Sequence record: OZ035821.1
DNA: 40,079 nt
Source: Kayfunavirus PDP21P1
Reading direction: 5' to 3' (one strand)
Shown here: in pieces, positions 19,104 through 26,730 of the stretch
Numbering within the stretch: the first letter of the stretch is position 1
Layout of the letters: each line of letters starts with the position of its first letter
Translations under genes and position numbers: made by a program
Notes under the pieces: generated by a model
The model's database searches: none
Told to the model about the DNA's origin: nothing
The model's input: the letters and a program-made list of their open reading frames with translations, nothing else

Positions 19104-19259
19104 GATGAGTTACAGATTGCTTGTCGTACTCAAGAAATAGCAGAACGTACAGTAGAAATTGCTCAACTTGCTATGCGTAAGGTGGGTGAGTTCTATAACT
19201 TTAAATGTGTCCTTGATACCGAAGGTAAGATTGGACCAACGTGGAAGGAGTGTCACTAA
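19104..19259 (+). CDS. 5: DNA polymerase, exon 2 (C-terminal 51 aa including the D/E of the catalytic HDE motif)
   Basis: Translation DELQIACRTQEIAERTVEIAQLAMRKVGEFYNFKCVLDTEGKIGPTWKECH, against recalled T7 DEIQVGCRTEEIAQVVIETAQEAMRWVGDHWNFRCLLDTEGKMGPNWAICH. In frame with exon 1 after removal of 18506-19103. Confidence 0.85.
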   Translation, partial: DELQIACRTQEIAERTVEIAQLAMRKVGEFYNFKCVLDTEGKIGPTWKECH

Positions 19260-19558
19260 TGGCTATGACCAAACGCGCTATCGTAAGTTTCAACCTTAAG
19301 GCTGTACTTCCTACAGACCAAGAGGAAATAATCATTAAGGGTCTGCGAGAGCTGGCTAAAGGAGTTAACTCTGGTGAAATCAATCCTGACTTTAAGCAGA
19401 GCCATATGTTGACATTGTGGCTGACAGAGGGTATGGAAGCAGTGATTGAGCTTGTTCTGAGGGACAACTTTCGTTCAATGATTAAAGAGGCTGTACAGGA
19501 GTATTCAGATGCAGAGTTATTCAGCGTCTCACCAGCTACTGTGAGGTTCAAGCAATGA
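19259..19558 (+). CDS. 5.5: T7 gp5.5 homolog (H-NS-binding protein family)
   Basis: Start taken at ATG 19259, overlapping the polymerase stop (TAATG); N-terminus MAMTKR as recalled for T7 gp5.5. The track start at 19241 lies inside exon 2. Confidence 0.65.
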   Translation: MAMTKRAIVSFNLKAVLPTDQEEIIIKGLRELAKGVNSGEINPDFKQSHMLTLWLTEGMEAVIELVLRDNFRSMIKEAVQEYSDAELFSVSPATVRFKQ

Positions 19559-19764
19559 GTGAATACTTACGGGTCCTTGCGGCCCTCAAGTCCTGCCCGA
19601 AGACCTTCCAGTCCAACTATGTGCGCAACAACGCTGCACTTGTGGCTGAGGCTGCGAGTCGTGGACATCTAAGCTGCCTGTCTATGGACGGGCGTAACAA
19701 CGGTGCGTGGGAGATTACCGCTGAAGGCACCAAGTTCCTGAACCAACACGGAGGCTGTCTGTGA
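19555..19764 (+). CDS. 5.7: T7 gp5.7 homolog (inhibitor of sigma-S-dependent host transcription)
   Basis: 69 aa, same length as T7 gp5.7. MSEYLRVLAALKSCPKTFQSNYVRNNAALVAEAASRGHLSCL...GAWEITAEGTKFL is near-identical to the recalled T7 protein. Confidence 0.85.
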   Translation: MSEYLRVLAALKSCPKTFQSNYVRNNAALVAEAASRGHLSCLSMDGRNNGAWEITAEGTKFLNQHGGCL

Positions 19765-20627
19765 GCGAAAAGAAGATTGCTCTGGTACTAGATGGTGACT
19801 ATCTGGTCTTCTCATCTATGGCTGCGGCTGAGGATGAGACCGATTGGGGCGACGATATTTATACTCTGATTTGTGACCACGCCAAGGCTCGTCGTATCCT
19901 TGAGAACACCATCGCTGAAATCGTTAAGAAGCGAAAGGCGTGGAAAGACGCTAAGATTGTGATGTGCTTTACTGACGATAACAACTGGCGTAAGGACGTT
20001 CTGCCTACCTATAAGGCCAACCGTAAAGGTTCTCGCAAGCCTGTAGGTTACAAGAAGTTCGTAGCCGAAGTGATGGCTGACCCACGGTTCAACAGCTTCC
20101 TGCGTCCTACGCTTGAGGGTGATGACTGTATGGGCATCATCGGGACCAGACCTCAGATTGTCGGATGCGACCATGCGGTGCTGGTGTCCTGTGATAAGGA
20201 CTTCAAGACCATCCCGAACTGTGAGTTCTTCTGGTTAACCACTGGTGAAATCCTGAGTCATACGACTGCCGAGGCAGACTACTGGCACATGGAGCAGACC
20301 ATAAAGGGTGACATTACAGATGGCTACGGCGGTATTCCGGGGATGGGTGAGGACACCACTCGTGCGTTCCTTGACGAGCCGTACTACTTCGTGCAGGAGA
20401 GCCGCGAGCTTAAGACTGGCAAGAACAAAGGCCAGATTAAGACTGAGTGGAAGAAGTACCCTAAGCGTGAAGACATGACGCTGTGGGACTGCATGGTTAC
20501 TCTGGCTGCTAAAGCTGGGATGACAGAGGAGGAACTTCTGGTCCAAGCTCAGGTCGCTCGTATTTGCCGAGCCTCCGACTACGACCCTAAGTCCAAGGAG
20601 GTAATCCTATGGACACCATCCATGTAA
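19761..20627 (+). CDS. 6: 5'-3' exonuclease, T7 gp6 homolog
   Basis: 288 aa; GTG start with GGAGG RBS. LDGDYLVF, CDHAKAR, NWRKDVLPTYKANRK, SCDKDFKTIPNC, TIKGDITDGY, AKAGMTEE all parallel T7 gp6. Confidence 0.95.
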   Translation: MSEKKIALVLDGDYLVFSSMAAAEDETDWGDDIYTLICDHAKARRILENTIAEIVKKRKAWKDAKIVMCFTDDNNWRKDVLPTYKANRKGSRKPVGYKKFVAEVMADPRFNSFLRPTLEGDDCMGIIGTRPQIVGCDHAVLVSCDKDFKTIPNCEFFWLTTGEILSHTTAEADYWHMEQTIKGDITDGYGGIPGMGEDTTRAFLDEPYYFVQESRELKTGKNKGQIKTEWKKYPKREDMTLWDCMVTLAAKAGMTEEELLVQAQVARICRASDYDPKSKEVILWTPSM

Positions 20628-20701
20628 TTTACTGGGCCGGACTTCTGGCCCTTTACTGCATGTACAAGTGGTTCGGGTCGAACAACCGTCCTAAACACTG
20701 A
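20609..20701 (+). CDS. Small hydrophobic ORF (gene 6.3 position)
   Basis: 30-aa hand-found ORF with AGGAGGT RBS 7 nt upstream; overlaps the gene 6 stop. Hydrophobic core WAGLLALYCMY. Confidence 0.3.
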   Translation: MDTIHVIYWAGLLALYCMYKWFGSNNRPKH

Positions 20702-20753
20702 GTCTAACCGATAGTCATATCCTATCAATCCAACAGTCATCCATAGGTGAAAT

Positions 20754-20776
20754 ACTAAACTATCACTATAGGGACT
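20754..20776 (+). promoter_or_regulatory. Phage RNA polymerase promoter (phi6.5-like)
   Basis: ACTAAACTATCACTATA^GGGACT; full consensus match. Confidence 0.8.
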
Positions 20777-20837
20777 TTAGGACCTAAGATATGACTATAA
20801 GATAGACTTTAGTCTTAACTTAAAGAGGAGATTCAAG

Positions 20838-21110
20838 ATGGCGCTTAATGCTATTGAAAACGTTGTTAAGCAGTTACAGGAAGAAAGACTTGATGTCCCG
20901 AACATCTCCCAGTCTGCCATCCAGTTCCTGCACGTATTGTTCAACGCAAGCTACGCGGAGAAGACGGGAGCTATTAGTCTCCTCAAGCAGCAGGGCTACA
21001 GCGATGCGTTCATTGCCGGATTCATCAAGGGTCTCCAGTATTGCTCTGACACTCTCGACTCTGCGATTGCTATGCGTCGTGAGCTGAAAGATACCGTTCA
21101 GTTTGATTAA
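20838..21110 (+). CDS. gp6.5-like protein
   Basis: 90-aa ORF with AGAGGAG RBS, in the gene 6.5 position. Function unknown. Confidence 0.5.
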   Translation: MALNAIENVVKQLQEERLDVPNISQSAIQFLHVLFNASYAEKTGAISLLKQQGYSDAFIAGFIKGLQYCSDTLDSAIAMRRELKDTVQFD

Positions 21111-21124
21111 CTGTAGGAGGGACT

Positions 21125-21349
21125 ATGTGTTTCAGTCCAAAGATTAGCACTCCGAAGCCTTCGGTCCAAGCACCTGAACCAGCACCCCTGAGTGAGGAAG
21201 TTGCGTCAGTTGACATCGGGGCTGAATCGGATGTTGACACCAACGAGACCAAAGGTATCAAAGACCTGAAGGTCAAGAAGGAGTCTGCACCTAAAGATAA
21301 ATCGTCAGTTAGCCGCGCTATGCGAGCATCTGGCGTAAACATGGGGTAA
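21125..21349 (+). CDS. 6.7: Virion protein, T7 gp6.7 homolog
   Basis: MCFSPKIxTPK ... EPAPL N-terminus as recalled for T7 gp6.7. GGAGGG RBS. Confidence 0.7.
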   Translation: MCFSPKISTPKPSVQAPEPAPLSEEVASVDIGAESDVDTNETKGIKDLKVKKESAPKDKSSVSRAMRASGVNMG

Positions 21350-21353
21350 GACA

Positions 21354-21758
21354 ATGCTACCATATCTCAACTCACGCGAAGGTCGCCACATGTGCGCTTG
21401 TCGCCTCTGGGAAGACGGGCAGTCTAACTTCAAGTCATTCGAGGACTTCAAGGCTCATACTTACCGTATGGCTGACGAGTTCGATGGTGAAGAGTACACA
21501 ATCTACGATGTCTCAGGTCAACCAGTAGCGTATCTCTACATGCTGGCTACCTCATCTTGGCACCGACCGACTCCCGGTCTTGACCTTTCAATCGTCGCTA
21601 TTCGTCGTGACTCGCAGTCCTCCCGCAAGGTTCTTGAGACTGTCAGACACATCATAGACGAAGAGTGCAAGCGTTGGGGTCTTTGCTGGTATTCTCGTGT
21701 CAAGCATGTTTCCGGGTCGGTAGACATCGTAACAACTAAGGAGATTAATCGTGGGTAA
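21354..21758 (+). CDS. gp7-like virion/host-range protein
   Basis: 134-aa ORF in the gene 7 position; length close to T7 gp7. No motif verified. Confidence 0.5.
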   Translation: MLPYLNSREGRHMCACRLWEDGQSNFKSFEDFKAHTYRMADEFDGEEYTIYDVSGQPVAYLYMLATSSWHRPTPGLDLSIVAIRRDSQSSRKVLETVRHIIDEECKRWGLCWYSRVKHVSGSVDIVTTKEINRG

Positions 21759-21999
21759 ATCAATCAGTAAGGCCTTCAAGAAAGTGGTGAAAAGTACGTT
21801 AGGGACCGTTGGTCTTGGCTCTGATGACGCGCCTAAGGTTGTTGAGGCTAAGACCCCAGCAGCACCAGTGGAAGTACCAAACGACAAAGTGGAGGATGTG
21901 GATACTGAAGCAACCGCATCTGATGAGAAGAAAGTGAAGCGTTCCGGTAAGCGTAGCCTTCAGGTCTCTCGCACCTCTGGTGGCGGTATTTCTATTTAA
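21751..21999 (+). CDS. 7.3: Virion protein, T7 gp7.3 homolog
   Basis: GTG start with AAGGAG RBS. Basic N-terminus MGKSISKAFKKVVKS and C-terminus KRSGKRSLQVSRTSGGGISI parallel T7 gp7.3 (SLSVARSSGGGINI). Confidence 0.7.
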   Translation: MGKSISKAFKKVVKSTLGTVGLGSDDAPKVVEAKTPAAPVEVPNDKVEDVDTEATASDEKKVKRSGKRSLQVSRTSGGGISI

Positions 22000-22010
22000 G
22001 GAGGTGACGA

Positions 22011-23579
22011 ATGGCTGAACGTGAAGGGTTCGCTGCTGAAGGAGCCAAAGCGGTCTATGACCGACTGAAGAACGGTAGACAGCCATATGAGACACGCGCT
22101 CAGAACTGTGCTGCTGTCACTATCCCGTCACTGTTTCCTAAGGAGTCCGACAACTCGTCTACTGAGTACACAACTCCGTGGCAAGCTGTAGGTGCTCGCT
22201 GTTTGAACAACTTGGCTGCAAAGCTGATGTTGGCATTATTCCCTCAGTCACCGTGGATGCGACTGACAGTCTCCGAATATGAGGCCAAGACCTTGAGTCA
22301 GGACTCAGAGGCTGCTGCTCGTGTTGACGAAGGGCTTGCTATGGTCGAGCGTGTGTTGATGGCCTACATGGAGACTAACAGTTTCCGTGTGCCATTGTTC
22401 GAAGCTCTGAAGCAGCTTATCGTCTCCGGTAACTGTCTGCTTTACATTCCAGAGCCTGAACAGGGTACTTACAGTCCTATGCGAATGTACCGCTTAGTGT
22501 CCTACGTTGTTCAACGTGATGCTTTCGGTAATATCTTGCAGATTGTGACTCTCGACAAGGTAGCGTTTAGTGCTCTACCGGAAGACGTTAAGTCACAACT
22601 CAACGCAGACGACTATGAGCCTGACACAGAGCTGGAAGTATATACGCACATCTACCGTCAAGACGACGAGTATCTACGTTATGAGGAAGTGGAAGGCATT
22701 GAGGTAGCAGGGACCGAGGGTTCCTACCCACTGACTGCATGTCCATACATCCCGGTACGAATGGTTCGACTGGATGGTGAAGACTATGGTCGTTCTTACT
22801 GCGAGGAGTATCTGGGAGACCTGAACTCGCTGGAGACGATTACAGAAGCTATCACCAAAATGGCTAAGGTAGCCTCCAAGGTGGTGGGCCTCGTTAACCC
22901 GAACGGTATCACGCAACCTCGTCGTCTGAACAAGGCGGCTACAGGTGAGTTCGTTGCCGGTCGCGTTGAGGACATCAACTTCCTGCAACTGACTAAGGGT
23001 CAGGACTTTACGATTGCCAAGTCGGTGGCTGATGCTATCGAGCAACGTTTAGGCTGGGCCTTCCTTCTTAATAGTGCTGTTCAGCGTAATGCCGAGCGAG
23101 TCACTGCTGAAGAGATTCGTTATGTTGCTGGCGAACTGGAGGCGACCTTAGGTGGCGTGTACTCAGTACAATCCCAAGAGCTTCAGTTACCTATCGTCCG
23201 TGTGCTGATGAACCAACTTCAGTCTGCTGGCATGATTCCTGACCTTCCGAAAGAAGCGGTAGAGCCTACTGTCTCCACTGGTCTGGAAGCGTTAGGTCGT
23301 GGTCAGGACTTGGAGAAGCTAACTCAGGCGGTTAACATGATGACTGGTCTTCAGCCGCTATCTCAGGACCCGGACATCAACTTGCCGACCCTTAAGCTAC
23401 GACTCCTGAACGCTCTGGGTATCGACACCGCTGGCCTACTCCTGACGCAAGACGAGAAGATTCAGCGCATGGCTGAGCAGTCGTCTCAACAGGCAGTTGT
23501 CCAAGGTGCTAGTGCTGCTGGTGCTAACATGGGTGCTGCTGTAGGTCAGGGAGCTGGTGAGGACATGGCTCAAGCCTAA
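22011..23579 (+). CDS. 8: Head-tail connector (portal) protein, T7 gp8 homolog
   Basis: 522 aa. YETRAQNCAxxTIPSLFPK, YRLxSYVVQRDAFGN, RMVRLDGExYGRSY, GLVNPxGITQPRRL and TAEEIRYVA are collinear with T7 gp8. Confidence 0.95.
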   Translation: MAEREGFAAEGAKAVYDRLKNGRQPYETRAQNCAAVTIPSLFPKESDNSSTEYTTPWQAVGARCLNNLAAKLMLALFPQSPWMRLTVSEYEAKTLSQDSEAAARVDEGLAMVERVLMAYMETNSFRVPLFEALKQLIVSGNCLLYIPEPEQGTYSPMRMYRLVSYVVQRDAFGNILQIVTLDKVAFSALPEDVKSQLNADDYEPDTELEVYTHIYRQDDEYLRYEEVEGIEVAGTEGSYPLTACPYIPVRMVRLDGEDYGRSYCEEYLGDLNSLETITEAITKMAKVASKVVGLVNPNGITQPRRLNKAATGEFVAGRVEDINFLQLTKGQDFTIAKSVADAIEQRLGWAFLLNSAVQRNAERVTAEEIRYVAGELEATLGGVYSVQSQELQLPIVRVLMNQLQSAGMIPDLPKEAVEPTVSTGLEALGRGQDLEKLTQAVNMMTGLQPLSQDPDINLPTLKLRLLNALGIDTAGLLLTQDEKIQRMAEQSSQQAVVQGASAAGANMGAAVGQGAGEDMAQA

Positions 23580-23597
23580 ACTATCACTATAGGAACT
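23575..23597 (+). promoter_or_regulatory. Phage RNA polymerase promoter (phi9-like)
   Basis: CCTAAACTATCACTATA^GGAACT; overlaps the gene 8 stop codon. Confidence 0.75.
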
Positions 23598-23675
23598 TAG
23601 ACAAGATTCACAAAGCATTAGGCCGGGTGAGACTCCCGGTCGGTTCCTATCATCAACTTAAAGGAGAATGACTCA

Positions 23676-24560
23676 ATGTCTCAATCAGTTTATGCCGAGT
23701 TCGGCGTTAGCTCTAATGCAATCACTGGTTCCGTTGAGGACCTGAACGAACACCAGAAGTCTATGCTTGAACAGGACGTAGCTGTTCGTGATGGCGACGA
23801 TGCTATTACCTTCAAGCAACTGGAAGCTGAAACCGAAGAGGCTACCGAAGAAGACGATAACGTCGACGAGACTGAAGGTGAAGAAGACCACGAGTCCGAT
23901 GACGAAGAGTCTGAGACCGATGGTGAGCAGCCTGAGTTCATCGAACTAGGTGATGCACCGAAAGAGCTGACTGAAAGTGTCACCGCTCTGGATGAAAACG
24001 AAGCTGCATTTGACGACATGGTGTCTTCTGCTGTAGAAGCTGGCAAGGTCACTGCTGATGAAATTACCGCTATCAAGGCTGAATACGCCAAGGACGGTAA
24101 GCTGTCTGACGCATCCTACGCTAAGTTGCAGGAAGCAGGTTACACCAAGCGTTTCGTAGATTCGTTTGTCCGTGGTCAGGAAGCTCTTGCTGAACAGTAT
24201 GCTGCTGGTGTGGTTCGCTACGCTGGTGGTGCTGAACAGTTTAATCGCATCCTGTCACACCTTGAGTCCAACGACCCGTCAACTCGTGAAGCACTGGAAG
24301 CTGCTATCGTTCGTAAGGACATTGCGACTACCAAAGCTCTGCTGAATCTGGCTGGCAAGACTCTGGGTAAAGCTGTAGGTGTTAAACCTCAGCGAACCAT
24401 CACCACTCAGGCTAAACCTGTGGTCGCACCTAAGGCTCCTCAGACCGAAGCATTCAGCTCCAAGGCTGACATGATTAAGGCTATGAGTGACCCGCGATAC
24501 CTGCGTGACGCTAAGTACACGATGGAAGTTCGCGCTAAGGTAGTTGCATCAAGCCTGTAG
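23676..24560 (+). CDS. 9: Capsid assembly (scaffolding) protein, T7 gp9 homolog
   Basis: 294 aa, highly acidic middle region. YAKLxExGYTKxFxDSxxRGQEAL and KAMSDPRY parallel T7 gp9. Confidence 0.9.
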   Translation: MSQSVYAEFGVSSNAITGSVEDLNEHQKSMLEQDVAVRDGDDAITFKQLEAETEEATEEDDNVDETEGEEDHESDDEESETDGEQPEFIELGDAPKELTESVTALDENEAAFDDMVSSAVEAGKVTADEITAIKAEYAKDGKLSDASYAKLQEAGYTKRFVDSFVRGQEALAEQYAAGVVRYAGGAEQFNRILSHLESNDPSTREALEAAIVRKDIATTKALLNLAGKTLGKAVGVKPQRTITTQAKPVVAPKAPQTEAFSSKADMIKAMSDPRYLRDAKYTMEVRAKVVASSL

Positions 24561-24561
24561 G

Positions 24562-24584
24562 ACTAAACTATCACTATAGGGAGA
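24562..24584 (+). promoter_or_regulatory. Phage RNA polymerase promoter (phi10-like, upstream of the capsid gene)
   Basis: ACTAAACTATCACTATA^GGGAGA (initiating GGGAGA as in the T7 class III consensus). Confidence 0.85.
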
Positions 24585-24686
24585 CCAAGAGACAGACTCA
24601 AGGTTTCCCTATTACTTCAGTCCATACGGATTGGGCGTACAGTAAGTAATAAACTTTATCTTTCAATTGAATAGGAGAATTATCAT

Positions 24687-25733
24687 ATGGCAAACGTTCC
24701 GGGTCAGAAAATTGGTACAGACCAAGGTAAAGGCAAATCTGGTTCCGACGCTCTGGCGTTGTTCCTGAAGGTCTTTGCTGGTGAAGTCCTGACCGCATTC
24801 ACTCGCCGCTCTGTAACTGCTGACAAGCATATTGTCCGTACCATTCAGAACGGTAAGTCTGCTCAGTTCCCGGTCATGGGTCGCACCTCTGGTGTGTATC
24901 TGGCTCCGGGTGAGCGACTGTCTGATAAGCGTAAAGGTATCAAACATACCGAGAAAGTGATTACCATTGATGGTCTGCTGACTGCCGATGTGATGATTTT
25001 CGACATTGAAGACGCGATGAACCACTACGACGTGGCTGGCGAGTATTCCAACCAGTTGGGCGAAGCTCTGGCTATCGCTGCTGATGGTGCGGTGCTGGCT
25101 GAAATGGCTATCCTGTGTAACCTCCCGGCTGCATCCAACGAGAACATCGCTGGTCTGGGTACTGCGTCCGTACTGGAAGTTGGTAAGAAAGCTGACCTCG
25201 ACACCCCGGCTAAACTTGGTGAAGCAATCATTGGTCAACTGACCATTGCTCGTGCGAAGCTGACCTCCAACTACGTACCTGCTGGCGACCGTTACTTCTA
25301 CACCACGCCGGACAACTACTCTGCAATCCTCGCTGCTCTGATGCCTAACGCTGCTAACTATGCTGCGCTGATTGACCCAGAGACTGGTAACATCCGTAAC
25401 GTGATGGGCTTCGTTGTTGTTGAAGTTCCGCATCTTGTACAGGGTGGCGCTGGTGAGACCCGTGGTGCTGATGGTATCACTATCGCTTCCGGCCAGAAAC
25501 ACGCATTCCCGGCAACTGCTGATGGTGACGACGTTAAAGTTGCTATGGACAACGTTGTAGGTCTGTTCTCTCACCGTTCTGCTGTGGGTACTGTGAAGCT
25601 GCGTGACTTGGCGCTGGAACGTGACCGTGACGTCGATGCTCAGGGCGACCTGATTGTTGGTAAGTACGCTATGGGTCACGGTGGTCTGCGTCCTGAAGCG
25701 GCTGGCGCACTGGTTTTCAGCCCAGCGGCGTAA
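24687..25733 (+). CDS. 10: Major capsid protein 10A, T7 gp10 homolog
   Basis: 348 aa. ALFLKVFxGEVLTAF, GKSAQFPV, HTEKVITIDGLLTADV, ALMPNAANYAALIDPE, SAVGTVKLRDLALER, YAMGHGGLRPEAAGA match T7 gp10A. Strong RBS. Confidence 0.96.
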   Translation: MANVPGQKIGTDQGKGKSGSDALALFLKVFAGEVLTAFTRRSVTADKHIVRTIQNGKSAQFPVMGRTSGVYLAPGERLSDKRKGIKHTEKVITIDGLLTADVMIFDIEDAMNHYDVAGEYSNQLGEALAIAADGAVLAEMAILCNLPAASNENIAGLGTASVLEVGKKADLDTPAKLGEAIIGQLTIARAKLTSNYVPAGDRYFYTTPDNYSAILAALMPNAANYAALIDPETGNIRNVMGFVVVEVPHLVQGGAGETRGADGITIASGQKHAFPATADGDDVKVAMDNVVGLFSHRSAVGTVKLRDLALERDRDVDAQGDLIVGKYAMGHGGLRPEAAGALVFSPAA

Positions 25734-25864
25734 GCACCTTTAGCCAACCTAACGTCGCTACAGTAGCGGCTGCACCTGAAGAGGAGACTCTAACTCCTCA
25801 ACAGAAAGCTGCGCGTACTCGTGCTGCGAACAGGGCCGCTAAACTGGCTGAGTCCAACAACTAA
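24687..25864 (+). CDS. 10: Minor capsid protein 10B (predicted -1 frameshift product of gene 10)
   Basis: Slippery heptamer G-GTT-TTC at 25712-25718, four codons before the 10A stop. The -1 frame is open from 25718 to a TAA at 25862-25864, adding about 48 aa (QPSGVSTF...LAESNN). Same arrangement as T7 10A/10B. Confidence 0.5.
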
Positions 25865-25867
25865 TTG

Positions 25868-25908
25868 AAACCCCTTGGGTGCCTTCGGGTGCTTGAGGGG
25901 TTTTTTGC
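25868..25908 (+). terminator. Tphi-like intrinsic terminator downstream of the capsid gene
   Basis: CCCCTTGGGTGCC-TTCG-GGTGCTTGAGGGG stem-loop with a UUCG tetraloop, followed by TTTTTT. Architecture and position match T7 Tphi. Confidence 0.75.
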
Positions 25909-25927
25909 TTAAAGTGAGAGGAGACTT

Positions 25928-26494
25928 ATGGCTCAATACATTCCACTGAATGCTAACGATGACTTAGACGCCATCAACGATATGTTAGCTGCTATCGGTG
26001 AACCAGCAGTCCTACAGCTTGACGAAGGCAATGCTGACGTCTCGAACGCACAACGTATCCTGCATCGTGTCAATCGTCAGGTCCAAGCTAAAGGCTGGAA
26101 CTTTAACATCAACGAAGCTGCTGTACTGACACCTGATGTCCAAGACAACAGGATTCGATTCCTACCGTCATACCTTCGTGTAATGACTGCCGGGGCCACC
26201 AGCTACTACAGCAACATGGGTGGATACCTGTACGACCTGTCCACTCAGTCAACCACTTTCACCGACCCTATCACGGTAGAGCTTGTGGAGATGAAGCCAT
26301 TCTCCGAGATGCCTGTGGTCTTCAGGGACTACATCGTCACTAAAGCTAGCCGTGAGTTCAACGCTAAGTTCTTCGGTAGCCCAGAGTCAGAGCTATACCT
26401 TCGTGAGCAGGAAGCAGAACTCTATCAGCAGGTTATGGAGTACGAGATGGACACTGGTCGCTACAACATGATGTCTGACATCGGGAGGGACTAA
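25928..26494 (+). CDS. 11: Tail tubular protein A, T7 gp11 homolog
   Basis: 188 aa. ILxxINRQxQxxGWxFNI, YIVTKASRxFNxxFFGxPE and MEYEMD parallel T7 gp11. Confidence 0.92.
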   Translation: MAQYIPLNANDDLDAINDMLAAIGEPAVLQLDEGNADVSNAQRILHRVNRQVQAKGWNFNINEAAVLTPDVQDNRIRFLPSYLRVMTAGATSYYSNMGGYLYDLSTQSTTFTDPITVELVEMKPFSEMPVVFRDYIVTKASREFNAKFFGSPESELYLREQEAELYQQVMEYEMDTGRYNMMSDIGRD

Positions 26495-26721
26495 TGGCTA
26501 GTCACAATCTGAAGATTCACCGCCAGCACTTTGGTCCGGTACAGCTAGGCCTAAAGACAGCAGAGCTGAGACTTAACGACCGGGACTTTAAGGTTGGCGA
26601 CTGGCTTATCCTGAATGAGTGGGACAACGGGTATACTGGACAACAGGTAGCACGTAAGGTTGTCCACATTGCTGACGTTGGTGACATCGCTGGCGGATAC
26701 GTCCTAATGAGTATGATTTAA
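26494..26721 (+). CDS. DUF3850 / ASCH-like small protein inserted between tail tube genes
   Basis: 75-aa ORF; start overlaps the gene 11 stop (TAATG), GGGAGGG RBS. HNLKIHRQHFGPVQLGLKTAELRLNDRDFKVGDWLILNEWD...YTG fits the DUF3850 (PUA/ASCH-like) signature as recalled. No gene lies between 11 and 12 in T7. Confidence 0.55.
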   Translation: MASHNLKIHRQHFGPVQLGLKTAELRLNDRDFKVGDWLILNEWDNGYTGQQVARKVVHIADVGDIAGGYVLMSMI

Positions 26722-26730
26722 GGAGGGCCT

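Noticed and set aside
24663-25679. 338-aa ORF on the minus strand antisense to the major capsid gene
   Set aside because: It lies entirely within the strongly supported gene 10 on the opposite strand. Its product is low-complexity (Ser/Thr/Val-rich) with no RBS or motif. The same reasoning applies to the other minus-strand ORFs (e.g. 2539-2970, 12900-13202, 23690-24091): all identified genes are on the + strand, as in T7.
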